Notes under the pieces: model-generated | Told to the model about the DNA's origin: nothing | The model's database searches: none | Seen by the model: the letters and a program-made list of their open reading frames with translations, nothing else | In this document: positions 1-11,716 of the stretch, piece after piece | Layout: the number at the start of each line of letters is the position of its first letter | Position numbering within the stretch: the stretch's first letter is position 1 | Assembly: GCA_050613775.1 (NCBI GenBank) | Contig: JBODTK010000138.1 | Coordinates: forward strand, 62,001 to 126,000 | DNA from: Neocallimastix sp. 'constans' | Lineage: Eukaryota | Direction: 5' to 3' | DNA: 64,000 nucleotides | Program-made: the position numbers and the translations under genes

Positions 1-96
1 TATGACTGTATTTTAGTTTTAAGTTTAATTTTTTTTTCTTTTAATTAAAATTTTTAAAGTTTTAAATTTGATTCCATACAATTCTGAATTATTAAA

Positions 97-133
<37 letters not shown>

Positions 134-479
134 TATTATTATTATTATTGTTGTTATTATTGTCATTATTTTTTTGTTTTTTATTTTTTCCTTTCTTTAT
201 TTTTCTATTAATTATTTAATTATTATATTATTTTATTTTATTTTATTTCGCTTTTTTAACTTCTGAAAGATATAATTTTCATTGTTTTTTTTTTTTTTAC
301 TTTTTTAAGACTTCATATTTAATGCAATCATAAAAAATAAAAAGAAAATAAAAATAAAAGAAGAAAAAAAAAAAAAATATATAGATTTATATATATATAT
401 ATTTAATAGATATTAATCATAAAATAATTATGATTAAATTTAGTCTAATTTATTAGTTTAAAATATATAAAATTAGAAT

Positions 480-520
<41 letters not shown>

Positions 521-589
521 CATTTAAAATATTAACTATAAAAAAAAAGTAATTAAGAGTAAAAAAAAAAAAAAAAAAACGTTATAATA

Positions 590-2236
590 ATGAAAGGACT
601 TAAATTAAGAATAAGGATAAGAAGAAAATATGTATATTTTTCTATCATACTCTCTCTCATTTTATATTTTACTTTTTCTTCAAAATTAGGTTCCTATAAA
701 AATGACATTCCCAACACGATTAAAACTGAAAAAAAGGAAGAAGATCCAATGATAATCAATGAGGATGAAAAATTTCAATTGGATAATAAATTGGTGAATC
801 TCTTATTAAATGATACCATTAAAATTAAAAATGGAAACGAAAAAATTAATAGTATGGTTAAAAAAATGATATTGGATATGATGGAAAAACCATTAGCAGC
901 AGATGATTTTGAGGAATTGAGAAAGAGAGAAGAATTTCATACCACTTTATGGAATATGGAATTTGGACAGCTAAATTTAAAGGAAGATCCTACTGAATTA
1001 ACTAAATATAAGAGGAAACTCCTTGAAGAATCTTCATTTCTTTCACAGAAACATAAAAATGATTTAGATGGAAATAAGAAAACATTATCCATTCTTCATC
1101 AATCCTTATACCCATGGCTTTATGGCTACCGTTATCATTCCTTCAGTGATATCATATCTTCCTCTAATGGAAGAGGAATCGTGTTATGTACCGGAAATCA
1201 TCATTTTAAGTATGCCAGAAGTACTATAGATATCATTCGTCATATACTGAATTCAGAACTTCCAATAGAAGTATTCTATTATGGTGAAGCCGATTTATCA
1301 ACAAGAAATCGTGAAATTCTTAAAGGGTATGAGAATGTATATCTCTCAGATATTACGACTTACTTCGATAATTCCATTGTGGATATCTCTAGTTGGGCTA
1401 TTAAACCGTTTTCTATTTTGGCATCTCGTTTTGAAGAGGTTATTTTAATGGATGCCGATGCCTTGTACCTACGCGATCCTATTGAACTTTTTAAAGAGCG
1501 AGGCTATCAAGAGAAGGGAACCCTATTTTTCAGAGATCGTACTCTTTTCCCAGGAGCCAATGCCGCCTCTAAATGGCTAAAATCATGGATGGTCAATCCA
1601 TTACCCGAAACTCAGGAGTTACGATTTTGGAAGGAACGAACGGAACATGAAATGGATTCCAGTACGGTGGTGATCCACAAAACGAAAACGATCTTAGGGC
1701 TACTAAATGTATGTAAGTTAAATGAACGAGTCATTCGACAAGATGTGGTTTATCGAAAAGTATATGGTGATAAGGAAACCTTTTGGATTGGATTTGACAT
1801 GGCACGTCAGCCCTACTATATGAGTAAGAAACCGTGTGCCTTTGCAGGAGAAATTGTAGATGAAAGTTCCAGTTCCAATTCAGAAGATAAGAAGCTGTGT
1901 GGACATACCGCACACACCTTAGAAAATGGAAAATTAATTTTTTGGAATGGTCATTTAATTAAAGATAAAAATATTGGCATGTATGCCAATGAATTAATAA
2001 AATTTGAAGCGTATACCTTAGAAGACAATGATAAAGATTGGTCAATCAATCTTGCCTGTCTAGATTTACACGAAAACAGTAAATTAAATTATTTTGATGA
2101 AGAGGAGCTAAGAGTGTATAATGAAATAATGAAAAGGGAAAATGATCAACATTTTGTTGCCACTGAAATAAAGAAAAGAAAAAAGAACAGAACCTCTAAA
2201 GTATTAAATGAAAATGAAAAAAATGAAAAAAAATAA
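590..2236 (+). CDS. GT71-family alpha-mannosyltransferase (MNN1/MNT-like, Mannosyl_trans3), type II membrane protein, 548 aa, single exon
   Basis: Basic N-terminus, one hydrophobic anchor (YVYFSIILSLILYFTF) and a stem. Family motifs follow: GRGIVLC, LPIEVFY, WAIKPFSILASRFEEVILMDAD (DxD), GTLFFRDR, YGDKETFWIG. Confidence 0.9.
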   Translation: MKGLKLRIRIRRKYVYFSIILSLILYFTFSSKLGSYKNDIPNTIKTEKKEEDPMIINEDEKFQLDNKLVNLLLNDTIKIKNGNEKINSMVKKMILDMMEKPLAADDFEELRKREEFHTTLWNMEFGQLNLKEDPTELTKYKRKLLEESSFLSQKHKNDLDGNKKTLSILHQSLYPWLYGYRYHSFSDIISSSNGRGIVLCTGNHHFKYARSTIDIIRHILNSELPIEVFYYGEADLSTRNREILKGYENVYLSDITTYFDNSIVDISSWAIKPFSILASRFEEVILMDADALYLRDPIELFKERGYQEKGTLFFRDRTLFPGANAASKWLKSWMVNPLPETQELRFWKERTEHEMDSSTVVIHKTKTILGLLNVCKLNERVIRQDVVYRKVYGDKETFWIGFDMARQPYYMSKKPCAFAGEIVDESSSSNSEDKKLCGHTAHTLENGKLIFWNGHLIKDKNIGMYANELIKFEAYTLEDNDKDWSINLACLDLHENSKLNYFDEEELRVYNEIMKRENDQHFVATEIKKRKKNRTSKVLNENEKNEKK

Positions 2237-2373
2237 AAAAAAAAAAAACTAATATAAAAAGTAACAAACTTAAAAAAAAATAAAGTAATAATAAATAATT
2301 AATTAATTAAAATATGCAAATAAGCCAATAATAAAAAAAAAAAAAAAGAAAAAGAAAAGAAAAGAAAATAAAG

Positions 2374-2409
<36 letters not shown>

Positions 2410-2478
2410 AGTAAACCAATTAAATAATTAAATACAATAATAAAAAAAAAATTAAGTTAAATTAAATAGATACAAATA

Positions 2479-2527
<49 letters not shown>

Positions 2528-3412
2528 AAAAAAGAAAAAAAACTCATATATTACAAGCAAAGGTAAAAAAAAAAAAAAATATTCATATATTCATATATAT
2601 ACACACATAGAAAAAAAAAATATTAATAAAAAAAAAAAAAAATAAAAAGTAAAAAGAAAGAATATATATATATATATATATATACAAACACTTTTAATAA
2701 TAATAAAAAATCTCTAGAAAAGTATATTTAAAATAAAAATAAATTTCATATAAAATCCTAAAATTAAGCCAAAAAAAAAAAAAAAAAAAAAAATAAAGTA
2801 AAACTTCTAATTGATTATAGATATCAAATAGTATATAATAATTAAAATCTATCTTAATATTTTATAAAAGATATACTTAAAAAGATTATCTTTTATAATC
2901 CTAATAATATTTTATATTATATTTTATTAATTCGTTTGTTTTTTTTTTAATGCTATTAATAAATACAATGATTTCGTATATTAAAATTTGTTAAATAAAA
3001 TAAAAAAAAAAAAATATAATATATATATACATAATATGATATTTATATAATAAAATATAATAAAATAAAAAAAATAAAAATAAAAAAAAAAAAAAAAAAA
3101 TTTTTAAAAAATAAATATTATTTTAAATAATAATATTATTATTTAAATAATTAATAAATAAAAATTAATAAATATAATATATATATATATTGAAAAACCG
3201 AATGTAAAAAAAAAAAAAAAAATAATAACAATAATGAAATAAACATTTTAATAATAATAATAATAGAAAAAAAAATTGTTTAAATGAAAAAAAAAAAAAA
3301 AAAAGTCTGTCATTGAACAAAAAAAACGTTTATTTAATATAATAGTGCAATATTTTTTAAAGTTTATATTAAAAAAATATTAAATTTTTATAAATACTTA
3401 AAATTTAATAAA

Positions 3413-3443
<31 letters not shown>

Positions 3444-3986
3444 GTTATATATACAATAAAAGTGATGTGTACATTTTTTTTTCTTGTTATTATTTTTTAA
3501 AATTTATTATAATATATCAATATTAATCAATTAAACCATTATATTATCAATATAATGATTTAAAATAATAATAATAATAATATTAATAATATTAATAATA
3601 ATATATATATAGTGATAATATTCTATATGATATAATATTTGGACAACTATATTAAATATATTATACTGATATTATTACAAACCATATTATATTAACTATT
3701 ATTGTATACCATATTTTTTTTTTCCTTACTACTTTTTTTCCTTACTATTTTTTTTTTTTTTTAAATTAATAATTAATGGATCCATTATATGAAAATTAAT
3801 AAAAGAAATAGTTTAAAACTCCTTATCATTAAATTAATGGCAACAGATATGATATATAATTCCACTGAAAGTTTAATTAATAATAAAATATAATTAAAAA
3901 AAACCATTTTTGTCAATCTTTTAAATATATATAATTAAATTAACATATTATAATAAATACCAAGAAATTTAATGTTAAGTGGATTT

Positions 3987-4030
<44 letters not shown>

Positions 4031-4332
4031 ACATAAAGATAATTGAAAATATAAGAGAAATTAAAAAAAAAAAAAAAAATTTGATATATGAATAAATAAA
4101 TAAATAAATGATTAGATAGATATAATTTATATTTTATTATATTTGTATATTCAATTTTTAAAAAATATGAGGTTCCTTAAATCTATAAGAAACTATAAAA
4201 ACTTTAATTATATAATACATTTATATAAATAAAAAATTTTATTAAATAAATAAATAAATAAATAAAAAAAAAAAAAATAGGAAACATTTTTTTTTTTTTT
4301 TTTTTTAATTTATATAAATAAAGTAATTAACG

Positions 4333-6087
4333 ATGAAGTATATTTATTTTATTCTACGAAAAAAAACAAAATTTATATATTATGTAGTAGTTTCATTAAT
4401 TATACTGTCATTAGTATTTTGGAGTTATCTCTTTTTCCAAAGATATAGAGATGAATATAATAAATTTATATTTAGTAATGGTATTCATGAAAACAGTATC
4501 TCAGAAATTAGTAAGAATAAGACTTCAATAGATATAAAAGATCAAAAAGGACATCATGATGAAAATTTGAATAGTAGTAAGGAAATAGATAGTAAGGGAA
4601 TAGATAGTGAAATTGAAGTCAATAATAATGAAAAAGTCATTGAAGAAATTGAAAGAATAATAACGAATGGTAATATTAATGATCAAGAAGATGAAAATAG
4701 TATTTTATTATTGAAGGAATTATCCAATAAATATAATAATGAAACCATTGAAAATGAGAAGACCCTTGGAAAATGGTTACAGGAATTAATTCTCGATCCG
4801 CTACAACCCAAAGAATTTATAAAGCTAAGAAAAAGAGAGGAACTTCATACCCAATTATGGGGGTCTATTTTTGGAAAAAACAATACCATAATGAATGCGG
4901 AAGAATTGATAAAATATAAACAAAAATTAATAGAGGAATCAGCCTTTCTCTCCCAGGATCATATCAACAATAGCAATTTACCATTGAATAAAAAGTTATT
5001 CGCCATGATACATCGGTCTTTATATCCATGGCTGTATGGACACCATTATAACTCCTTAGGTGATATTATTAAGTCGTCCAATGGAAAAGGCATTGTAATC
5101 TGTGTTGGTAATAAATATATCCGGTATGCCAGTAGTATTATAGATTCACTTCGATATGTGATAGAAACCAAGCTTCCAATTGAAATAATGTATTATGGAA
5201 AGGATGATTTACACCAACACTATATCAATTTTTTTAGAAGATTAAAGGATATATATATCACAGATCTGTCCACTTTTTTTGATAATGATATTGTTGGAAT
5301 TAAAGGATGGGCCATCAAGCCATTTGCCGTCTTAGCCTCCCGTTTTGAAGAGGTTATATTAATTGATGCCGATTCGTTCTATCTCAGAGATCCGATTGAA
5401 CTCTATGATGAAAAGGGATATCAGGAAAAGGGAACTCTATTTTTCAAAGACAGAACTCTCCATCCTGGATCACATATTGGCATAAAATGGTTAAAAAGTT
5501 GGATGATTGATCCTCTACCGGAAACCAGAGAATTAAGATTTTGGAAGGAAGCGTCACGTCACGAAGTAGAATCCAGTACCGTAGTAATACATAAGACGAA
5601 GACGCTTCTCGGTCTATTAAATGTATGTAAATTGAATGAAAAAATGATACGTAAGAGTATCATGTATCGAATGGTCCATGGTGATAAAGAAACATTTTGG
5701 ATTGGATTTGATATGGCACGACAGTCGTATCACCTCAATCCATTACCCGTTGCATTTGTAGGAGATCTTGTAGAGTTTGATGAAGAGAATAACGGTCAAT
5801 CCAGTTGGAATATCTGTGGTCATAATGGTCATTTATTAGAAAAGAATAAATTATTCTTTTGGAATGGTAGTTTAGTAAAAACTAAAATGGAAGTAATTTT
5901 AGAAGAGGATATCATAAGATTTAGGGGATATGCTATGGAGGGCAAAGATAATACCTGGTCTGATGATTTATTTTGTATGACATTAAAAGATGATCAGGAA
6001 ATAACCCCTCTTAGTAATGAAGAGATGGAAATATATGAAGAAATTGTTGAGAGAGGAGAACTTTTAAGTATTATTATACCTCCATAA
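4333..6087 (+). CDS. GT71-family alpha-mannosyltransferase, tandem paralog of 590-2236, 584 aa, single exon
   Basis: N-terminal anchor (FIYYVVVSLIILSLVFWSYLFF) and motifs GKGIVIC, LPIEIMY, GWAIKPFAVLASRFEEVILIDAD, GTLFFKDR, HGDKETFWIG. The catalytic region is collinear with the upstream gene. Confidence 0.9.
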   Translation: MKYIYFILRKKTKFIYYVVVSLIILSLVFWSYLFFQRYRDEYNKFIFSNGIHENSISEISKNKTSIDIKDQKGHHDENLNSSKEIDSKGIDSEIEVNNNEKVIEEIERIITNGNINDQEDENSILLLKELSNKYNNETIENEKTLGKWLQELILDPLQPKEFIKLRKREELHTQLWGSIFGKNNTIMNAEELIKYKQKLIEESAFLSQDHINNSNLPLNKKLFAMIHRSLYPWLYGHHYNSLGDIIKSSNGKGIVICVGNKYIRYASSIIDSLRYVIETKLPIEIMYYGKDDLHQHYINFFRRLKDIYITDLSTFFDNDIVGIKGWAIKPFAVLASRFEEVILIDADSFYLRDPIELYDEKGYQEKGTLFFKDRTLHPGSHIGIKWLKSWMIDPLPETRELRFWKEASRHEVESSTVVIHKTKTLLGLLNVCKLNEKMIRKSIMYRMVHGDKETFWIGFDMARQSYHLNPLPVAFVGDLVEFDEENNGQSSWNICGHNGHLLEKNKLFFWNGSLVKTKMEVILEEDIIRFRGYAMEGKDNTWSDDLFCMTLKDDQEITPLSNEEMEIYEEIVERGELLSIIIPP

Positions 6088-6154
6088 AAAAAAAAAAAAA
6101 AAAAAAAAATTAAAAATTAAAAATAGAAATAAAAATAAAAATAAAAAAATAAAA

Positions 6155-6190
<36 letters not shown>

Positions 6191-6221
6191 AATACTATTA
6201 ATTACTATTACAGCTACAAGT

Positions 6222-6295
<74 letters not shown>

Positions 6296-6405
6296 TAAAA
6301 TTAAAATTAAAATAATGATAATAAAATAGTAAAAATAAATTATTTGATTTAGGAACTATTAACATAAAAATTCTATTACTTCAATAAATAAAAATTTTTA
6401 ATTAT

Positions 6406-6442
<37 letters not shown>

Positions 6443-7184
6443 TCTATATTAATTATTATATAATAAATTATCAAGTAAATTATAATAATATAATAATTAT
6501 ATAAAAATTACTTATATAAAAATGAATAGAATCATTATCTAAAAATATATAATTGAGAAAAATATATTAAAAAATAAAATGTTTTTATATAATTTTATAG
6601 TAATATAATGTAATTATTCTTTTTTTTTTTTTTTTTTATTTTTTTTTTTATTTTTATTTTTATTTTAATTTTCTATCAATTATAAATTTTTATAATGTAT
6701 ATCTATTTTTAAAGGAATAGTTAACATAAAAATAATATGAAATTTGTACTGTCCATTAACTATATAATTTAATATAAAATTTTCATAAATATGAAGACTT
6801 ATTATAGAAAGTTTGAATATATTTTTTATTATATAATTGAATTTTTTTTATTTTTTTTTTTCTTTATATTTTATGTATGTATATATATATTTATTTTTTA
6901 TTTTTAATTTTATTTTTCTTTATATTTTATGTGTATATATATATATATATTAATTTTTTTTTTTTAATTTTTTTTTCTTTATATTTAATGTGTATATATA
7001 TATTTATTTTTTTTTTTTTTTTAATTTTTTTTTCTTTATATTTTATGTATATATATATATATTGATTTTTATTTTTAATTTCTTTATTTTTTTTTTTTTT
7101 TTATTTTTTAATTTTTATTTTTTTATTTTTATTTTTATTTTTTTATTTTTTTATTTTTTTTATTTTTTTATTTTTTTTTTGTTT

Positions 7185-8471
7185 TCATTTGAAATATACA
7201 CTATTAGTAGCATAGGAAAGATCAACCCCAAGGAAAATCTTTAATGGAGGGTACACTCGTATATTTGGTGACATAGGAGACACGACCAGCGGAGGAATAG
7301 TTAACGCCATAGCATTTATATTCCCCTACCTTGGAAGTATTCTTGTAATTATCATGACCCCTAAAAGTGAGCCATCCAGCCTTATTTAATTGAGATCCTG
7401 GAAGTTCAGTATTATTGAAAATGACATAACAATTCTTTTTCCATAAACGACCTAAATAATAATTAACCCCACTCTCCACAGTAACCTTTGAATTAGTGAT
7501 GAGGAATCCACCTTTCTTGAATTTATCATCATCATTACCCTATTTTTTTTTTTTTTTTTTTTATTTTATTTTATTTTTTTTTATAAATATATCAAAATAT
7601 ATAATATTATTAGTTTTATAGAATATTTTAAATGAAATTGAAATATATTCAAATATTAAATTAAAATAAAATTATTTTAAAAATTATATAAATAAATAAA
7701 TAAATTATATGTCTATTTTTCTATCTATTAATCCATCTATCTCTATCTAAATCAAATATTTATTATATATTTATGGATAAGATTACATTAGCAGTGATAT
7801 AAGCCATCTTCTTTCCATTTTGAGGAATATGAAGAGAGCATCCATCAAAAACGGCACGACCAGCTCCCCAAATGAAATCGGTCACCCCACGAATATAACA
7901 ATTTTTGAAGTAGTGAGTACCACGATAGGAAAGTAAGGTATCTTGATAACTTTAGAAGTTACAGTTTTGGAAGAAGTGTTGATTACCATAGGAATATAAA
8001 GCAGGAGCTTGAGTATTCTTACCAGGGAAAGGTGCTTGTATTTTCAAAAGTAACTTCAAACGCCTTAAAATGGTCGGCTTTAACCTTGACGGTAGCACAT
8101 TCAGAGCTACTTCCAGTTTTATCATTATTTAAATTATAAGTGATAACCACTTTATCTTTATTTTGACCAATTAAAGTAACATAATTCTTATTGATGGTCA
8201 CCTGTTCTTTGTAGGTACCATTTTTAATGTAAATGACTCTTTCAGAATTAGCTGATGAAGATAAAGCATTTATAGCAGCTTGAACCTAAGATATATATAT
8301 ATATATATATTTTAAATAATAAGTAGTAAATAATATAGAGTTATTAATAAAATTAAATGGAATTAATAAATAAATATTAATAGTTAAAAAAAAATTTTTT
8401 TTTTTTATAAAAAATTTAAAATAATGTTAATTTTTTTTAATAGTAAAAAAAATAAATTATAAATTAATTTA

Positions 8472-8551
<80 letters not shown>

Positions 8552-8707
8552 GATCTTTATTTTTTTTTTTTTAATATTTACTGTTTTATATTTTCCAGAG
8601 CCATCTTTTGCTACGATAAGAGCATCTTTTGGAAGTTTTTTTTGATCAAAAGCAAAAGTAATTTGAATTATTAATAAAAGCAATAACGTCTTAATAATAC
8701 GCTTCAT
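7185..8707 (-). pseudogene. Secreted pectin methylesterase (CE8), disrupted as assembled; exons 8707-8582, 8285-7787, 7539-7185
   Basis: Signal peptide MKRIIKTLLLLLIIQITFA, then VAKDGSGKYKT|VQAAINA, GTYKE, QAPAL, YQDTL, DFIWG, YLGRLW, joined by two GT-AG introns. Lesions: extra base at ~8036-8037, in-frame TAA at 7954-7952, probable extra base in the 4-base run at ~7234-7237. Family call is secure; true pseudogene versus assembly error is unresolved. Confidence 0.8.
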
Positions 8708-8816
8708 CTTACAATTTCTACAAAAGAATTTTTTTTTTTTAAGTAATAAAATTATTAATTTAAATTTTTATATTTATTTTTATATTTCTAATATATATAT
8801 ATTATACTTTATTATT

Positions 8817-8849
<33 letters not shown>

Positions 8850-9902
8850 TGAATTTTGAGATATTTATATGTTTAATTTTATTTATTTATCTATTTTTAT
8901 TTATAAAATAATAATAATAATATTATTATTATTATTACTATTATTAATAAATAAATAAATATCACTTTTTAAGAAAAATAAATAGTTTTTCAATTACCTA
9001 TAAAAATTAGAACGAAACTTTAAAATATAATTTTTATTAAAAAAAATATGAAATGAATTTTCATTTTTTAATGTAATTATAAAATCATATAAATAATGAA
9101 ATTCTATAATACAATTTTTCTTTTTTTTTTTTTTTTAATATTGTTATAAATCTTATTTGATTGATATTTTAATATTATTTAATATTATAATTCATCAATT
9201 ACTGTTTAAGAGAGTTAATAGGTAATATTTTTTTTTTTTTTTCTTTTTTTTTTTTTTTGGAAAAATTTTATCAATGGGAAAAAATAAAATAAAATAAATA
9301 AATAATTTTTTTTTACAATAAACTCAATTTTTTTAATTTATTTAAATAAAAAATGGAAATCCAAAATTTGATTTTTCTTAACGACAATCATGTATTTTGC
9401 TGTTTATTTTTATTTTATTTTATTTTTATTTTATTTTATTATTATTATTTTATTTTATTTACTGTAAATTATATATAAAGGATTACTACAATTATTCAAG
9501 GCAATACTTTCAATTAAAACTAAATCAATATTTTTAACATGATTTTTTTTATTTATTTTATTAAAAAGTGATAGTATTATTATCATCATTCTTTAATTTC
9601 TAGAAAAAAAAAAAAAAAAAAAAAAAAAAACTGTTTAATAGGACAATAAAATTATTATTAATAAATATTTATTTATGTTTATTCTTCAAAGTTTTTTTTT
9701 TTTATTTTTTATATTTTTTATTCAGTAAAATATAATAACTATATTGAGAAAATTTTTTTACTATTATCTCTTATTTATTAATAATATTTGTGTAATAATA
9801 TAATACATAATTAAAATAAAATTTATTATAATTTATACTGCTTCTGGATATTGTTATTATCTTTCATACATTTAAATTTATTTCAAAAATCAATAATAAA
9901 AT

Positions 9903-9937
<35 letters not shown>

Positions 9938-11351
9938 TTTAATATAAAAAAATATTTTATGAAAATTATTTAATATATGTTTAAAAATATATATATATTC
10001 CATATAAAACTCAGAGTATAGAATTACATAAAAAAGATTGTTTATAATAGTAACAAAATAATAAAAGAAGTAACATAAAAATAAATTTAAATAAAAAAAT
10101 AAAATAAAATGAAATAAAATGAAATAAAAAAGATTAAAAGTTTATCCAATTTTTTTATGTGGTAAATGAGTTAAAACTTTATTTTATAAAAAAAATTTAA
10201 TTAAAAAGGAAAAATATAAATAGATATAAATCAACAAAATATAATTTTATTTCAATAGATTTATTTTACCAATTGATACTTTTTTTTTTATTATTATTAT
10301 TATTATTTTTAAAAAAGAAACAATAAAATGATTATTATTATTATTGTTCAGTTGTTTTATTTTCCAAATAAAATAATAAAATTATACAGAAAACTTTATT
10401 AAAATATTTTAACTAATATTTTTTTATTTTTCTTAAAAAAAAAATCATTCTTAAGATTATTAAAAATATATATATATATTTATTCGATATTGCTGAATAA
10501 TATGTAATGCAATTTTTAAAGTAGATTAAAAATAAATGTTTATAAATAACTTACATCTAATATATATATATATTATATTATACAATTTATTTACATAAAT
10601 ATTAAAAGAATTTATTTTTAAACATAAATACATATTAGAAAATAACAATTATATAAATATATATTTAATATTATAAAAAAATGTTTTACTGAAAAGAATA
10701 TTGCTTAACTCATTACTATATATGTTAATCTTTATATGTACGTATAAATATAGATTAATTGATAAATAAATATATATATTATATATTTTATAAATAAATT
10801 TTATAATTATTTTATATAAATTTACTTTATTGTGTTAGTTCAATATAAATATTTTATATTATATTAACTAATAAAATATAAAAATATGTATATATATTTA
10901 AAATTCCGAAGATATTAAATTATTATAGCAAAGATGATGAACAATAAAAAAAAATTTTTTTATTATTTTAGTACAATATTATTTTGGTTATTTTTATTTT
11001 TTTTTTTTTTTTTTTTTAATATTTTATTATTAAAAAAATTAATAAATTTATATTTATAATTTTATATATAAATGAAAAAATAAAAAAAGAAATTATTTAT
11101 ATAAAAAAAAAAAAAATTCAAAATGTATTAAATTATTATAATAGTAGGAATGAATAATATATAAAAAGAAAAAAAAAAAAGAAAAATAATAATATATTTA
11201 TAATAATTATAATTTAAAAAAAAAAAAAATTATATATAAATATTTACATAAAAAATATAAATATTAATCTTTTCTGTTTCTTTAATAGAAAAAACGTTAA
11301 TTACAAAATATTTATTTATAGAATATATATAAAAAAAAGAATAGTAATATG

Positions 11352-11391
<40 letters not shown>

Positions 11392-11716
11392 TATAATATA
11401 ATAAAAAAGTTTATATATATATTTAAATAATTTTTTTTTAAAAAAAAAAAAAAAATATTAAAATATATATATTATTAAGAAAAAAATATTTATGCTATTC
11501 AGATATTCAAGGGATAAAAATAAATTTAATATATACATATATATATATAATTTAAATATTATTAATACATATACATATATATATATTTTATATATATATA
11601 TTTTTTTCCTTTTGTTCTAAAATGTGATATTTCATATATATCCCTTTTATTTTTTTTTTATTTTTATCATTTCTTTTTGATGATGAGGTTGTTGTTATTA
11701 GTTGGTTGGTTGTTGC

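Noticed and set aside
2234..6110. Poly-A directly after both GT71 stop codons plus lack of introns, suggesting retrocopies
   Set aside because: Poly-A runs occur every few hundred bases in this window, so they carry no information; no TSDs seen.
6877..7244. Short hydrophobic F/I/Y-rich ORFs (also 18236, 31376, 33772, 38778, 43172, 51808, 58407, 61949, 62716, 63242)
   Set aside because: They are translations of T/A-rich microsatellites and homopolymers with no coding signal.
7952..8040. Programmed frameshifting or stop readthrough in the PME gene
   Set aside because: No slippery heptamer or stimulatory structure is visible, and three independent recoding events would be needed.
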